Shown: positions 1 through 9,248 of the stretch, piece after piece
Position numbering within the stretch: position 1 is the first letter of the stretch
Layout of the letters: each line of letters opens with the position of its first letter
Virus genome (UHGV): UHGV-1351333
DNA from: a virus
DNA: 64,000 bases
Reading direction: 5' to 3' (one strand)
Position numbers and translations under genes: made by a program
The notes under the pieces: model-generated
What the model saw: only the letters and a program-made list of their open reading frames with translations
Database searches by the model: none
Told to the model about the DNA's origin: nothing

Positions 1-55
1 TTCATCAAAGGGAAGGAAAAACCTTCCCGCACAGCTAAAAAACCTGAAAGTTAAA
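1..55 (+). repeat. 55-bp leader repeat copy A (contains hairpin gggaagg-aaaaa-ccttccc)
   Basis: Identical to 58375..58429. Lies directly upstream of gene 61..315. Confidence 0.8.
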
Positions 56-60
56 ATATT

Positions 61-315
61 ATGAAGACTGCACCCGCCATTTACCGCTGGACCGCCAAGG
101 GTTCTTCCAAATGTCTTGGCCGCTATCATTCCGCCCGCACCCTGCTTGAAGCCGTCCAGGCCGGAAGAGAGCTTGTGAAGCGCGAATTCGACAATCAGGG
201 TTCCGTGCTCATTGAAACCTCCCTGGATGAAGGAAAGACCTGGTACATTGTCCGGGAAGATACGCGTGACCGTCACACGTTCATGCGCTGGACAGCGGAA
301 TCTTTCAACCGGTAA
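61..315 (+). CDS. hypothetical early protein
   Basis: Intact 84-aa ORF directly downstream of the 55-bp leader repeat (1..55). No recognisable motif. Confidence 0.4.
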   Translation: MKTAPAIYRWTAKGSSKCLGRYHSARTLLEAVQAGRELVKREFDNQGSVLIETSLDEGKTWYIVREDTRDRHTFMRWTAESFNR

Positions 316-397
316 ACATTCTTCCCCCGGCCGGGAAACCATGCTTGGCCGGGGATAAACCTGACCTCAATTTTCATTTATTAGAACAATAAAAACC

Positions 398-670
398 ATG
401 AACAAAAACGTAATCATCCGTGTTGCTCCCCTTATGGGGATTTTATGCATCGAAGCCGCTATCTGCGTACTGTCCCTTTACGGCGTTACTATCATACTTG
501 GATATGGCACGCCATCCTTTTATTCGATACTGGTCGCGGGCTTGAAAGCTATTGCTCTGATTGCATTGATTGGCACCAGCGTATTCAGCCTGTTGTTTGC
601 CGGGCACACGTTGTTTCAGCTGTTTTCCCCGGAGCGCCCTATGGCGGAAGACAATGACGGGGAGCGTTAA
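398..670 (+). CDS. small membrane protein (two predicted TM helices)
   Basis: 90-aa ORF dominated by two long hydrophobic stretches (IIRVAPLMGILCIEAAICVLSLYGVTIILGY; LKAIALIALIGTSVFSLLFAG). Confidence 0.4.
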   Translation: MNKNVIIRVAPLMGILCIEAAICVLSLYGVTIILGYGTPSFYSILVAGLKAIALIALIGTSVFSLLFAGHTLFQLFSPERPMAEDNDGER

Positions 671-697
671 AACTGGCAAAATCCTAAGTAGAAAAAA

Positions 698-1039
698 ATG
701 AAAATGACAGCAAGAGACAAAGCTGTTTTCGCTTATGGGGAGGCCTGCGGAAAACTCAAAAACCAGATTGGCCGCGCTAAGAGAGAGGCGCTCAGGCAAT
801 TCAAAAAACCATACGGCAATCTTAGCCGGGAAGAAAAAAAATATATCCGAAGTATAACTTATCTTACATCATACATCAAAGACTACCGTCAAGCGCAGGC
901 TGAATGCAGAACGTTCACAGACCGCCATTGCGGGAACTGCCTGTATCAGTATGACCATTACATGTACATGTGCGAGTTTTGCTCATTGAGCGACTACATC
1001 GGATGTAATTGGGAGCCGAAGAAAAACCGCAACCGATAA
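698..1039 (+). CDS. hypothetical protein with C-terminal Cys-rich (zinc-finger-like) region
   Basis: 113-aa ORF. C-terminus reads HCGNCLYQYDHYMYMCEFC, with paired CxxC-like spacing. Confidence 0.4.
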   Translation: MKMTARDKAVFAYGEACGKLKNQIGRAKREALRQFKKPYGNLSREEKKYIRSITYLTSYIKDYRQAQAECRTFTDRHCGNCLYQYDHYMYMCEFCSLSDYIGCNWEPKKNRNR

Positions 1040-1053
1040 AAAAGAGAAGAGCC

Positions 1054-1296
1054 ATGAAAAGAAACCCTCACATCATCGTTCAGCAGGTTTGCCCCATGAA
1101 GAAAACCGACGACGGGAAATACGAAGTTCAGGCCGCGATTGTTCACCACAAAGGGATTATCGCCCGCTATCGAATGGAGTACCCCACGAAACGGCATGCC
1201 CGGTGGGCGCAGCACCTTATTTGCACGGTGAAAAATGCTTCACGCCTCCGTTGTTCTGATGAACTTAAAGCCCTGATTGAGAAAGGAACCCGATGA
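1054..1296 (+). CDS. hypothetical protein
   Basis: ORF-track frame 1009..1296. The ATG at 1054 lies just after the stop of the upstream gene, so it is preferred as the start. Confidence 0.35.
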   Translation: MKRNPHIIVQQVCPMKKTDDGKYEVQAAIVHHKGIIARYRMEYPTKRHARWAQHLICTVKNASRLRCSDELKALIEKGTR

Positions 1297-1667
1297 AAAA
1301 GCTTCAATGCCCGCTGTGCGGGGGTGATATTGCCATAGAAAAGCGCGTGCTCTACAGCGACAGGCCTCTTCTGTTTCACGCGGGGTGCGAACAGTGCCGT
1401 TGGGAAACGAACAGAGGCTACGCCGCGGAGAAAGACGCCTGGAAGGAGGCCGAAAAATATATTTCCGGATTCCCTCCCATCATGAGGGTCTGGCCGGGGG
1501 ACAAGGTGAAACTCTTCGGAGACCGGCGGGTTAGGAAGGTCATCGGAAAAAACGCGAACCGGGGGATTCTTTACCTGGAAACGGCTTCCGGGCCTCCTGA
1601 ACCCGTGCGGCATGACGATGTGATTCTGTGGCCCTGGGAGATTGAGCAGAAAGGAGGCCAGCAATGA
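1293..1667 (+). CDS. zinc-ribbon protein
   Basis: CPLCGG ... HAGCEQC four-Cys arrangement at the N-terminus. Its start overlaps the upstream stop (ATGA). Confidence 0.4.
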   Translation: MKKLQCPLCGGDIAIEKRVLYSDRPLLFHAGCEQCRWETNRGYAAEKDAWKEAEKYISGFPPIMRVWPGDKVKLFGDRRVRKVIGKNANRGILYLETASGPPEPVRHDDVILWPWEIEQKGGQQ

Positions 1668-2080
1668 TTAACATCCTCCTATCCGTCAGGCGGCCTTTCT
1701 CCGAGAAAATTTTGTCCGGGGAAAAGAAATGGGAACTGCGTAAAAATGCGCCACGCCTCAACAAAGGCGACTCCGTCACACTGTGGCTCTATGAATCCGG
1801 CCAGTACGGGACACGGGGCATCATCGGCAAGTGCCGTTTAGTTGTCACTGCTGGACTTCGACCATATCCCCCAAAGGGAATTTTAGAATGGACCATGAAG
1901 CAAGCTTGCGTGACGGAAGAGCACCTGCGGAATTACCTGCCTTGCTATGTCTGGGGCGTCCAGGACCCCGTGAGGATTTCCACAGTGCCGCTCTCTGACA
2001 TCGGCCTAACCCGCCCGCCGCAGTCGTGGCGATACCTTACTGATGAACAGGCGGCGATTTTGCGCCGCAAAAATCCATAA
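1664..2080 (+). CDS. ASCH (PUA-like) domain protein
   Basis: N-terminus INILLSVRRPFSEKILSGEKKWELRKNAPRLNKGDSVTLW resembles the ASCH-domain beta-barrel signature. Call is from memory only. Confidence 0.45.
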   Translation: MINILLSVRRPFSEKILSGEKKWELRKNAPRLNKGDSVTLWLYESGQYGTRGIIGKCRLVVTAGLRPYPPKGILEWTMKQACVTEEHLRNYLPCYVWGVQDPVRISTVPLSDIGLTRPPQSWRYLTDEQAAILRRKNP

Positions 2081-2097
2081 ATTAAACTGCGCAATAC

Positions 2098-2382
2098 ATG
2101 ATTACCGATTTACAATCCGATACCGCCCCCGAAGAAAATGCCGGAAGGCAAACTTACAGGAACCTCCGTCAGGCGTGGAGGTATTACCACCGTAACCACA
2201 AAGTGGATTTGGCTATCCTTTACCAGCTGACCGATTTGCTCGAACGGTCGAATCCGGACAGGGATGCGGAGCAGTATGCCCACGCGGTGGAAGCGGTCAA
2301 GGCCATTAAAGACGTTTTGGCCCAGAACCGGATTATTCAGCAGCGCATTTCCGCTTTGATGAGCGACTGTTTGAAGCCGTAA
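2098..2382 (+). CDS. hypothetical protein
   Basis: 94-aa ORF in the early block. No motif recognised. Confidence 0.4.
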   Translation: MITDLQSDTAPEENAGRQTYRNLRQAWRYYHRNHKVDLAILYQLTDLLERSNPDRDAEQYAHAVEAVKAIKDVLAQNRIIQQRISALMSDCLKP

Positions 2383-2389
2383 AATTAAC

Positions 2390-3118
2390 ATGTGCAGGAA
2401 AATTGAGGTCGAAGGCGTCTGTTATCCGTCTATTATTTCCGCCTGTCAGGCATACGGCCTTACTAATAGTAAGGCAGTGCGTGATCGCCTCGCTAGAGGC
2501 GAATCCGTATGCGCGGAACTTTTCAGGCCGATTGAAAAACGCGGTGGGAAAAGAGAAGTGATTGTTGCCGGCATAAAATATCCAAGCATAAAAGCCGCCG
2601 CTCATGCTTACGGGATAGAGGCTCAAACAGTAAGATGCCGGATTTATCGCAATGGAGGGAAAATAACCGACGCTTGTTTCAAATCCAGGCAGCCGGAATC
2701 ATTTTGGAAAATGGTCTGGCCGGAAGCTGATACGCCCCCGGAGGGTTATATCCTTTTGACGAAATTCGCGAGAAAATATCCGGCATTAAAAAAGAAGCAC
2801 AGCGCCACGATACTCTCCGCTATTTTTCACCGTCGGGAATTAGCGCATTTTGTAAAGGTGCGAGGTCGTGTATGGATAGATGAAGCTTTCTGGAAAGAGC
2901 GGCAATCGTGGTTTACTCTTCGCATGATTAAACAGAGCATGAGCATGACGGACGAGGAAGCGCAGGAGTTTTGCGAAAAAAACAATCTGGGCAAAAAGTC
3001 GCTCCGGATGTTCGGCTTTGTAAAGCCCATATACTATCTTCCCCATCTCATTACCCGGAAGCACTGGACCCTTGAACAAGCTTCGCCTCAAGAAAAATTT
3101 GCAACGATTGCAAATTGA
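2390..3118 (+). CDS. DNA-binding protein with two NUMOD-like helix-turn-helix repeats
   Basis: Internal repeat: CYPSIISACQAYGLTNSKAVRDRLARGES and IKYPSIKAAAHAYGIEAQTVRCRIYRNGG. The pattern resembles the NUMOD1-type HTH found in homing-endonuclease-associated DNA binders. Confidence 0.4.
   Translation: MCRKIEVEGVCYPSIISACQAYGLTNSKAVRDRLARGESVCAELFRPIEKRGGKREVIVAGIKYPSIKAAAHAYGIEAQTVRCRIYRNGGKITDACFKSRQPESFWKMVWPEADTPPEGYILLTKFARKYPALKKKHSATILSAIFHRRELAHFVKVRGRVWIDEAFWKERQSWFTLRMIKQSMSMTDEEAQEFCEKNNLGKKSLRMFGFVKPIYYLPHLITRKHWTLEQASPQEKFATIAN
3095..3116. repeat. palindromic motif AAATTTGCAA(C/T)(G/C)ATTGCAAATT, copy 1
   Basis: aaatttgcaacgattgcaaatt overlapping the last codons of 2390..3118. 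Confidence 0.85.
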
Positions 3119-3205
3119 GGAAAAGCGGGCGGAATGCTATATGTGCCGGGTTTCGCGCGCTTTGCGGTTTGACAGTCTGCGGGCTTTGAAACAAAGTACG
3201 CCTAT

Positions 3206-5608
3206 ATGATTCAAGCCGCCCATTTCGACATCAAGACCGTTACCGGACTTCGGCAGGCGCTGGTATTGTCCGCGGAGTATGAAAATGAGCCTTTTCCTTT
3301 ACAGGATTATACGCTTCACGGCAGCATCGGGACGTATCCGAGGCAGGACTTGAAATGCTCCGTGGACGAAAACGGTCGCGCCCGGATTGAGTGGGATTCC
3401 GTGCCTCCGGGAAACTGGAAATATGATGTGTTCCTTGTCAGTTCCGGCAACGATGAAACGCCCCTCATGGAGGGCACGTTCACGGCGCTTCCCAGAATTA
3501 CCCCCGTTCTGGATGACGAGGCCGTCAATGATGCGGTCGGCGGGGTTCTGCACCTGCCTTCCGGCAATGAAGGCGTCATTACGCTGGAAGTTGACGGCGG
3601 ATTCGTATCAAAAAACTATGCGGCCATCGCCAAGGATGCCGCGGACAGGGCGGAACAGGCGTTGAAAGACATCAAGCAGGCGTTGCAGGGGGTAGTCACG
3701 TCCCTTGGCGGGGAATCCGGGGATATCCTTCTGGATTCCGGGCTGAAAATCACCAGAAACGCGAAAGAAAACAGCGTCTCCCTGTCTCTGGACGACAAAA
3801 CGGTCGTATTGACCGCGGGCAGCCAGACGATTGACGGCGTGAAAACCTTTTCAGCCGCCCCCGTCATTGCGGCCGCTCCCGTCGCGGATAATGAAGCGGC
3901 GAATAAAAAATACGTCGATGACGTGGCGGGGAATGCTACGGACACCACCATTAACGGCGTTTCCGGGGCCATCACCCTGAATCTCCCCCTGAATATGGAC
4001 GCCGACAGTAAAGTGTTGTCTGTTGACCTCAGCAATTACGCGTCTTTGCAGACGGATAACACATTTACTGGCAGCAATACGTTCTTCGCTGGAATCAATG
4101 GCTATGTTGATAGCGTAAATAGTACTGGTATCTTGTACACGACTAACGCCCCCAGCGACAGCAGCACCGGATTTCCGGTATTGTCTATTGCGCATGTTGG
4201 TTCCAGCAACGTGCAGGTTTCAGCCGGAGGACACCTGATGCTGAAAAGCCGCGGCGGCAACATTTACGCGCAATCCATTTTTATCGCAGATAACAATATT
4301 CAAGTTCGTGGCTCCGCCCTGTTCAATTCCGGAGTTACCCTCAGCCAGTCGCTTACCGTGGGCGGCCCCGCGCAGTTCAACGATATTGTGCGGGTTGAAA
4401 CCGGGAAGATTGACCCCGGCAAGTTCGGCAGCACCTGGACATTCGGTTCCCTGATTGAAACGCCGACGACTGCCGACAACAACAACCACCGGTTAGCCTG
4501 CAAAACGACCAATGATAATGCGGGATATATTCTTTATCATGAACGGGTGATTAACGGAGTGTGGAAGAAAGACAAGATTATCCTCGCCTGCCAGTTTGAT
4601 TTTACCTGGCACAATGACGCGTCCATTCTTGTCAAAACCCCCACCGAAGCGAAACAGGCCGCCAATAAGGATTATGTAGATTCGCAATTTAACTACCTGC
4701 CGCTGTCTTACGTGACGCTGGACACCGACCAGACAATCAACGGCCAGAAGAATTTTACCGGAAACATTACCGTTAATTCCAGCGGCAACAACGGCACGCT
4801 GACCTTATACACATCCGGCGGGACAGGGTATTTGAGCATGGACACGGGCGAGATGGTCATTCCAACTGACCTTCTTACCATTACCGGCCAGACTAACATT
4901 CAGACGCTGAATGTAGCGGAATCGGCCCTGTTTACCGGCGGCGTGACCATAAGCCAGCACTTGAGCGCGAACACAATCAGGTCCTCAACGCTTGAAACGG
5001 TCGGAATAGATTTGAGGGGCAGCGATGACCTGGACTGCATCAGCCTGACCGCATTTTACGATTCCCCGGATGAAGTGGAACTCATTATTCGCCCCAATCA
5101 CCTGTCCACTGATACAAATGACTATGACGTCCGGCTTTATCTGACCTGCAGTTCACGCGGCAGCTATGTGGACTGGCTGGTCGGGGCGCTTATACAGGCG
5201 ATGAGGTTTCATCCGGCGGTCGAGTTTTACAATTCAGTGAAAGTGACTGGCGCGGCGCTGTTTCTCGGCTCCACTACTATTAACGCCCTGCTGAAAGCCT
5301 CCCAGATTGAGACAGACAGCTTGGAAATAAAAGACGAGGCGTACCCGGAAGGCTTTTTATGCTATTGCGACACCGGGGGCCTGTCCATGACCCGCCCCAG
5401 TATCAGCGAATCGCTATGGGACGCCGATAACCCTAAAGCGATTTTGAACCGGTCTGATAACGACCAGCGTTATTTGCAGGTTAAATCCCTTACGGCGGCG
5501 GAATATGAGGCCCTCGGCTCCTATGACCCGGCGACGATGTACCGGATTACCGACCTTGAACCCGCCGTGGTTTATCTCGGAACCCTGAAACTATCCCTGG
5601 CCACCTGA
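3206..5608 (+). CDS. tail fibre protein
   Basis: 800 aa and Ser/Thr/Gly/Asn-rich. Two copies of the phage tail-fibre motif A-x-N-K-x-Y-V-D (AANKKYVDDV, AANKDYVDSQ), and long beta-rich repeats. Confidence 0.7.
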   Translation: MIQAAHFDIKTVTGLRQALVLSAEYENEPFPLQDYTLHGSIGTYPRQDLKCSVDENGRARIEWDSVPPGNWKYDVFLVSSGNDETPLMEGTFTALPRITPVLDDEAVNDAVGGVLHLPSGNEGVITLEVDGGFVSKNYAAIAKDAADRAEQALKDIKQALQGVVTSLGGESGDILLDSGLKITRNAKENSVSLSLDDKTVVLTAGSQTIDGVKTFSAAPVIAAAPVADNEAANKKYVDDVAGNATDTTINGVSGAITLNLPLNMDADSKVLSVDLSNYASLQTDNTFTGSNTFFAGINGYVDSVNSTGILYTTNAPSDSSTGFPVLSIAHVGSSNVQVSAGGHLMLKSRGGNIYAQSIFIADNNIQVRGSALFNSGVTLSQSLTVGGPAQFNDIVRVETGKIDPGKFGSTWTFGSLIETPTTADNNNHRLACKTTNDNAGYILYHERVINGVWKKDKIILACQFDFTWHNDASILVKTPTEAKQAANKDYVDSQFNYLPLSYVTLDTDQTINGQKNFTGNITVNSSGNNGTLTLYTSGGTGYLSMDTGEMVIPTDLLTITGQTNIQTLNVAESALFTGGVTISQHLSANTIRSSTLETVGIDLRGSDDLDCISLTAFYDSPDEVELIIRPNHLSTDTNDYDVRLYLTCSSRGSYVDWLVGALIQAMRFHPAVEFYNSVKVTGAALFLGSTTINALLKASQIETDSLEIKDEAYPEGFLCYCDTGGLSMTRPSISESLWDADNPKAILNRSDNDQRYLQVKSLTAAEYEALGSYDPATMYRITDLEPAVVYLGTLKLSLAT

Positions 5609-5659
5609 TTCGCCGGTTGTTCTTTACAGGCATTTCCGCGCGTTTATAATTTTAGGCCT

Positions 5660-6208
5660 ATGAAAGACAACATCCTAGTACTATGCCACAGCAACATGCA
5701 TCGCAGCCCGTTCGTCGCGGAATACATCAGAAATTCGGCCTACGGAGACGCTTATGAAGTCCGTGACGCGGGGCTGCATGTCGATAAAGGGCAGCGCGTC
5801 CCCAAGGCCCTTCAACGGGCCTTTCAGACCGTGTCCCACGGAAGCCTGAAAGACCACAAGTCGCGCCAGGTAAGCATCAACGATATTTTGTGGGCTGATA
5901 AAATCATCATCATGGAGCCGGAGAACAAAAGCGACCTGTTGGAAATGCTCGGCAGCATGCACCTGTCGGACAAGCCCCGGTATGACCGGATTGTCGGCAA
6001 GATAACCTCGCTGGCGCAGCTCGGAGGGAAACAGGCCGTGGACGACCCGCACCACTACTCCCCCGGCACGCTGGAATACGGCAAGGTAGTGCTGAATCTT
6101 GCCTATCTGGCGAACTCCCTGGTTGAGCTGTGGGAAACGCAGCGTTCATGGCCTGAAACCGGCAAGGAAGTCGACGCGGAAGCCGCCGCAGGCCCGTTTG
6201 GGTCTTGA
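5660..6208 (+). CDS. low-molecular-weight protein tyrosine phosphatase (Wzb/LMW-PTP family)
   Basis: N-terminal P-loop VLCHSNMHRSPFVAEY matches the C-X5-R(S/T) catalytic signature of LMW-PTP/ArsC-type phosphatases. A DP motif sits near the C-terminus (VDDPHHY). Confidence 0.7.
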   Translation: MKDNILVLCHSNMHRSPFVAEYIRNSAYGDAYEVRDAGLHVDKGQRVPKALQRAFQTVSHGSLKDHKSRQVSINDILWADKIIIMEPENKSDLLEMLGSMHLSDKPRYDRIVGKITSLAQLGGKQAVDDPHHYSPGTLEYGKVVLNLAYLANSLVELWETQRSWPETGKEVDAEAAAGPFGS

Positions 6209-6444
6209 CCTGCCACCCCCCCCCGCATGCTATGGTGCTCTCGGCGCAGGATAACGAGAGCCTCCGATGGAGGTTGATTCAGATGAACGTGATTGTCGTC
6301 TGGTTCTACCTCCTTCGGTTGCGGGATTCCGGAATCTGGAATGACCGCCTGCAACAAAAGCTGGATGACACAGAACTCATTTTTTTAATCATTAAATGGT
6401 ACATGTGGTACATGCCGGTTTTATTCCCTGCCCGATAAAAACCG

Positions 6445-7200
6445 ATGGACGCTTATCTGCTTTACACGCCGGGGGAAATGCTGGAAGGGGAAGACGAGCT
6501 GACCGCCCTGGGCTACCGTGTCCATGCCGTCCTGGGCGATAACGATACGTCCGGCCTGCGCAACACAGTTAAGCGTATTCCCAGCCTGGGCTATTCCCCC
6601 CTGTACCTGTCCGACGGGCTGGGCTATAACTGGTGCGGCCACGTCCATGCGCTCCGCGCCAACTTCGCCTCCATGCTGGAAACCTACATGGACGCGGACG
6701 ACCTTACGCTGTACGGCGAATCGGACTGCGTTCCGGCGCCTTATCCACCGATTTCCGCTGAGGATATTTCCTGCATTTGCCGGGAGGCCGTTTCCCGGCA
6801 TCCGGAAATCGGCATTATCCGGCTGTACCGGCGGGCTACCGTATTCGACGAGCCGCCCTGGTGGAACCACGCCCCGCTGACCCTTCTCCCGCTGAAAAAG
6901 GCGGAGAGAATATCCAATATTCCCTTTACCAAGTATTACTGCCAGACGCACGCCCTGATTATCCGCAGGCATGTCCGGAAAACCGTCATTGACGCTATGC
7001 GGGATTATTACCTGCCCATTGATGTGCTCATATCCTATTTAAGCCAGATTGGGACCGTGCCGGTATGGCATACCAGCATCAATCTGATGCTGCAACGCCC
7101 CCACAGCACCGGACGGCGGCTGACTGAATGGCAGCGCAAACACTCTATTCCGGCGGCGGATTACTGGCGCAGCAAACCCGGATTGACCGGAATGCGGTAA
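6445..7200 (+). CDS. hypothetical protein
   Basis: 251-aa ORF. A glycosyltransferase-like nature cannot be excluded, but no clear motif was seen. Confidence 0.45.
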   Translation: MDAYLLYTPGEMLEGEDELTALGYRVHAVLGDNDTSGLRNTVKRIPSLGYSPLYLSDGLGYNWCGHVHALRANFASMLETYMDADDLTLYGESDCVPAPYPPISAEDISCICREAVSRHPEIGIIRLYRRATVFDEPPWWNHAPLTLLPLKKAERISNIPFTKYYCQTHALIIRRHVRKTVIDAMRDYYLPIDVLISYLSQIGTVPVWHTSINLMLQRPHSTGRRLTEWQRKHSIPAADYWRSKPGLTGMR

Positions 7201-7204
7201 CGCT

Positions 7205-7408
7205 TTACTGTTCCCATCCATTTCGGCTGCTAGCGGCGTCCAGCGTGGCGTTCCGCATTTGCTGGGTTTTCAGAAACTCTTTCCAGTAGTGCTCATACGG
7301 CCTGTCCGGCTGCGACCGGATGAGCTCTTTTGAAATACGCGCGTTTTCCAGCAGGCTTCTCATGCCGGAAATAATACTGTCGTCCTGGGTTTTTGCGGTG
7401 TCATTCAT
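7205..7408 (-). CDS. hypothetical small protein
   Basis: 67-aa minus-strand ORF convergent with 6445..7200. Sits beside an AT-rich region. Confidence 0.3.
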   Translation of the reverse strand: MNDTAKTQDDSIISGMRSLLENARISKELIRSQPDRPYEHYWKEFLKTQQMRNATLDAASSRNGWEQ

Positions 7409-7503
7409 CGTTTCTTGAGTAGGGAGGCCACCTCCATTCTTTTCTCCTGGGGCATAATTACTGAAAAATATTTCATTTGACGAAAATTTTTTTCACTTTT
7501 TGC

Positions 7504-7532
7504 TTGCATTACTATTCATTGAATAGTATATT
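7504..7532 (+). promoter_or_regulatory. sigma70-like promoter (TTGCAT-N17-TATATT)
   Basis: cTTGCATtactattcattgaatagTATATTg, in the AT-rich gap upstream of 7605. Confidence 0.5.
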
Positions 7533-7604
7533 GACCTTGTTGACGGGAGGTAAGGGACCAACCGAAAACACAACCTGAAAAACCAAACCAGAAAGACCAA
7601 AACA

Positions 7605-7862
7605 ATGAACGCTGATAAAACCTACAAAGTACGTGAAATATTCACCTTCCATCGCTATGAAATCGCTATTGCCGGAGAAGCGGTGAAAAACTACGACGAG
7701 GAAGGAAGAACCTATAATTTTTATTGCCCGGTGCGGGAAGTCCACGGCGTAAGGCACGGATTTGTCAGCGGCAATGTTCCGGAAGAAGTAAAAGACTTTG
7801 TCGATGTGAGAGACATCCTCGAAAAAGCGGAAGAATACGATTTAGTTGTAGATTGGGACTAA
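7605..7862 (+). CDS. hypothetical protein
   Basis: 85-aa ORF downstream of promoter 7504..7532. Confidence 0.4.
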   Translation: MNADKTYKVREIFTFHRYEIAIAGEAVKNYDEEGRTYNFYCPVREVHGVRHGFVSGNVPEEVKDFVDVRDILEKAEEYDLVVDWD

Positions 7863-7900
7863 AACAACAGGCATAAAACCAACTTAGAAAGAGAAAGACA

Positions 7901-8302
7901 ATGGACAAAAAAGAATTAAACGAAATCCTCAAGCTTCACAAAATGTGGATGAACGGGGAAGAAGGCGGCGTGAAAGCCAACCTGTGGCTTAATGACCTGG
8001 GGGGCATGGATTTGAGCGGCATGGATTTGAGGGAGGTTAACCTCTCCCAGGCCAATCTGAGCCATGCCAATCTGAGCGGCGCCAACCTGAGCGGGGTTAA
8101 TTTGTGCGACGCCAGCCTGTACGGGGCTGACTTGAGGGGTGCCAATCTGGAAGGGGCCTGCTTGTACAGGGCCGACCTGACTAAGGCCGACCTTAGCAAC
8201 GCCAACTTGAAAGACGCCAATCTGACTGATGCTGACTTGACCGATGCCGTCACAGACGGCGCGGATTTCACCGGCGCCTCACTTTTCGGGGCGATTCGCT
8301 AA
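7901..8302 (+). CDS. pentapeptide-repeat protein
   Basis: More than 15 tandem A(D/N)L(S/T/R)x pentapeptides: ANLSHANLSGANLSGVNLCDASLYGADLRGANLEGACLYRADLTKADLSNANLKDANLTDADLTD. Confidence 0.8.
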   Translation: MDKKELNEILKLHKMWMNGEEGGVKANLWLNDLGGMDLSGMDLREVNLSQANLSHANLSGANLSGVNLCDASLYGADLRGANLEGACLYRADLTKADLSNANLKDANLTDADLTDAVTDGADFTGASLFGAIR

Positions 8303-8337
8303 ACGCAGCCAGAATCCAAATCAGAAAGATAAAGACA

Positions 8338-8913
8338 ATGAACAGCCGCATCCCTGCCGAAACCCTCGCCGCCATCGGCGATTCCGTCCTTAGAGCCGTC
8401 CGCCCCTCCACCAGGTGGACTTATAAAGGCATCGACCAGTACTATGCTGACGGCATCTCATTTCTCCCGTGCGATTCCGCCGCGGAAGACGCCGACTCTT
8501 CCATCTACGCAGACACGCTCGATGTTTACTTTGATGTATCAGGCGTGGATGAAAGCACGGTTGACCGGATTTACGGCGCCATTGTTGACGAGTTTGCCCG
8601 CCGCGGCATCCGTCTGACCCGTTCCGGGGATATTGACGGCGGTAGCAGCGGTCTGGTTTACAGTATCGGGGTAATCAGGCCGGAACCCGAATCGCCGAAA
8701 GATTTTATCGATTGGGTGCGGGGCCGTTACGGCCTCCGCAATAAAACCGCTTCCGTGAAAAAGGCGGCGGAACTTCTGAAAGTCGAGGAAATAACCGTCT
8801 GGCAATGGCTGAAAGGTGTACGGCGACCATCCCCTTCCATGCTTCTGCTCATGAAGCTCGTTTTCAGTCATTCCCAAAACGGGAAGAGCTGTCCGATAAA
8901 ATCGGACAACTGA
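8338..8913 (+). CDS. hypothetical protein (possible C-terminal HTH)
   Basis: 191-aa ORF. C-terminus EEITVWQWLKGVRRPSPSMLLLMKLV looks like an XRE-type helix-turn-helix. Confidence 0.4.
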   Translation: MNSRIPAETLAAIGDSVLRAVRPSTRWTYKGIDQYYADGISFLPCDSAAEDADSSIYADTLDVYFDVSGVDESTVDRIYGAIVDEFARRGIRLTRSGDIDGGSSGLVYSIGVIRPEPESPKDFIDWVRGRYGLRNKTASVKKAAELLKVEEITVWQWLKGVRRPSPSMLLLMKLVFSHSQNGKSCPIKSDN

Positions 8914-8942
8914 GTAAACTCTTTTTCTGTTAAATACATTAA

Positions 8943-8977
8943 GGCTATTACGGAAAATCCCGTAATAGCCTTTTTTT
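8943..8977 (+). terminator. rho-independent terminator
   Basis: ggctattacgg-aaaat-ccgtaatagcc is an 11-bp perfect stem followed by TTTTTTT. Confidence 0.7.
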
Positions 8978-8994
8978 ATTGCAAAGAGTTAAAC

Positions 8995-9186
8995 TTATTT
9001 AACCCCCGCCGCCGCGCCTATGCCCACCAGGACAAGGCCGATAAAGTAAAGGAGGATAATGCCGATATTGATGATAAACATAGCCATTATCATGTTGGAT
9101 ATTTTGCTGCACACCTGTATCAGCCGGTCGAGCTTGCTGACGAGAAGATACGTGTCCTGCGGTTGTAGTCTGATATTTGGTTCCAT
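8995..9186 (-). CDS. small single-pass membrane protein
   Basis: 63-aa minus-strand ORF with a C-terminal hydrophobic helix MIMAMFIINIGIILLYFIGLVLVGIGAAAG. Confidence 0.35.
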   Translation of the reverse strand: MEPNIRLQPQDTYLLVSKLDRLIQVCSKISNMIMAMFIINIGIILLYFIGLVLVGIGAAAGVK

Positions 9187-9248
9187 TTTATGGGGTGGTT
9201 AAACTATATGCTATTTACGCGGCAAACATCTTGCCGGGATGATTCTAT

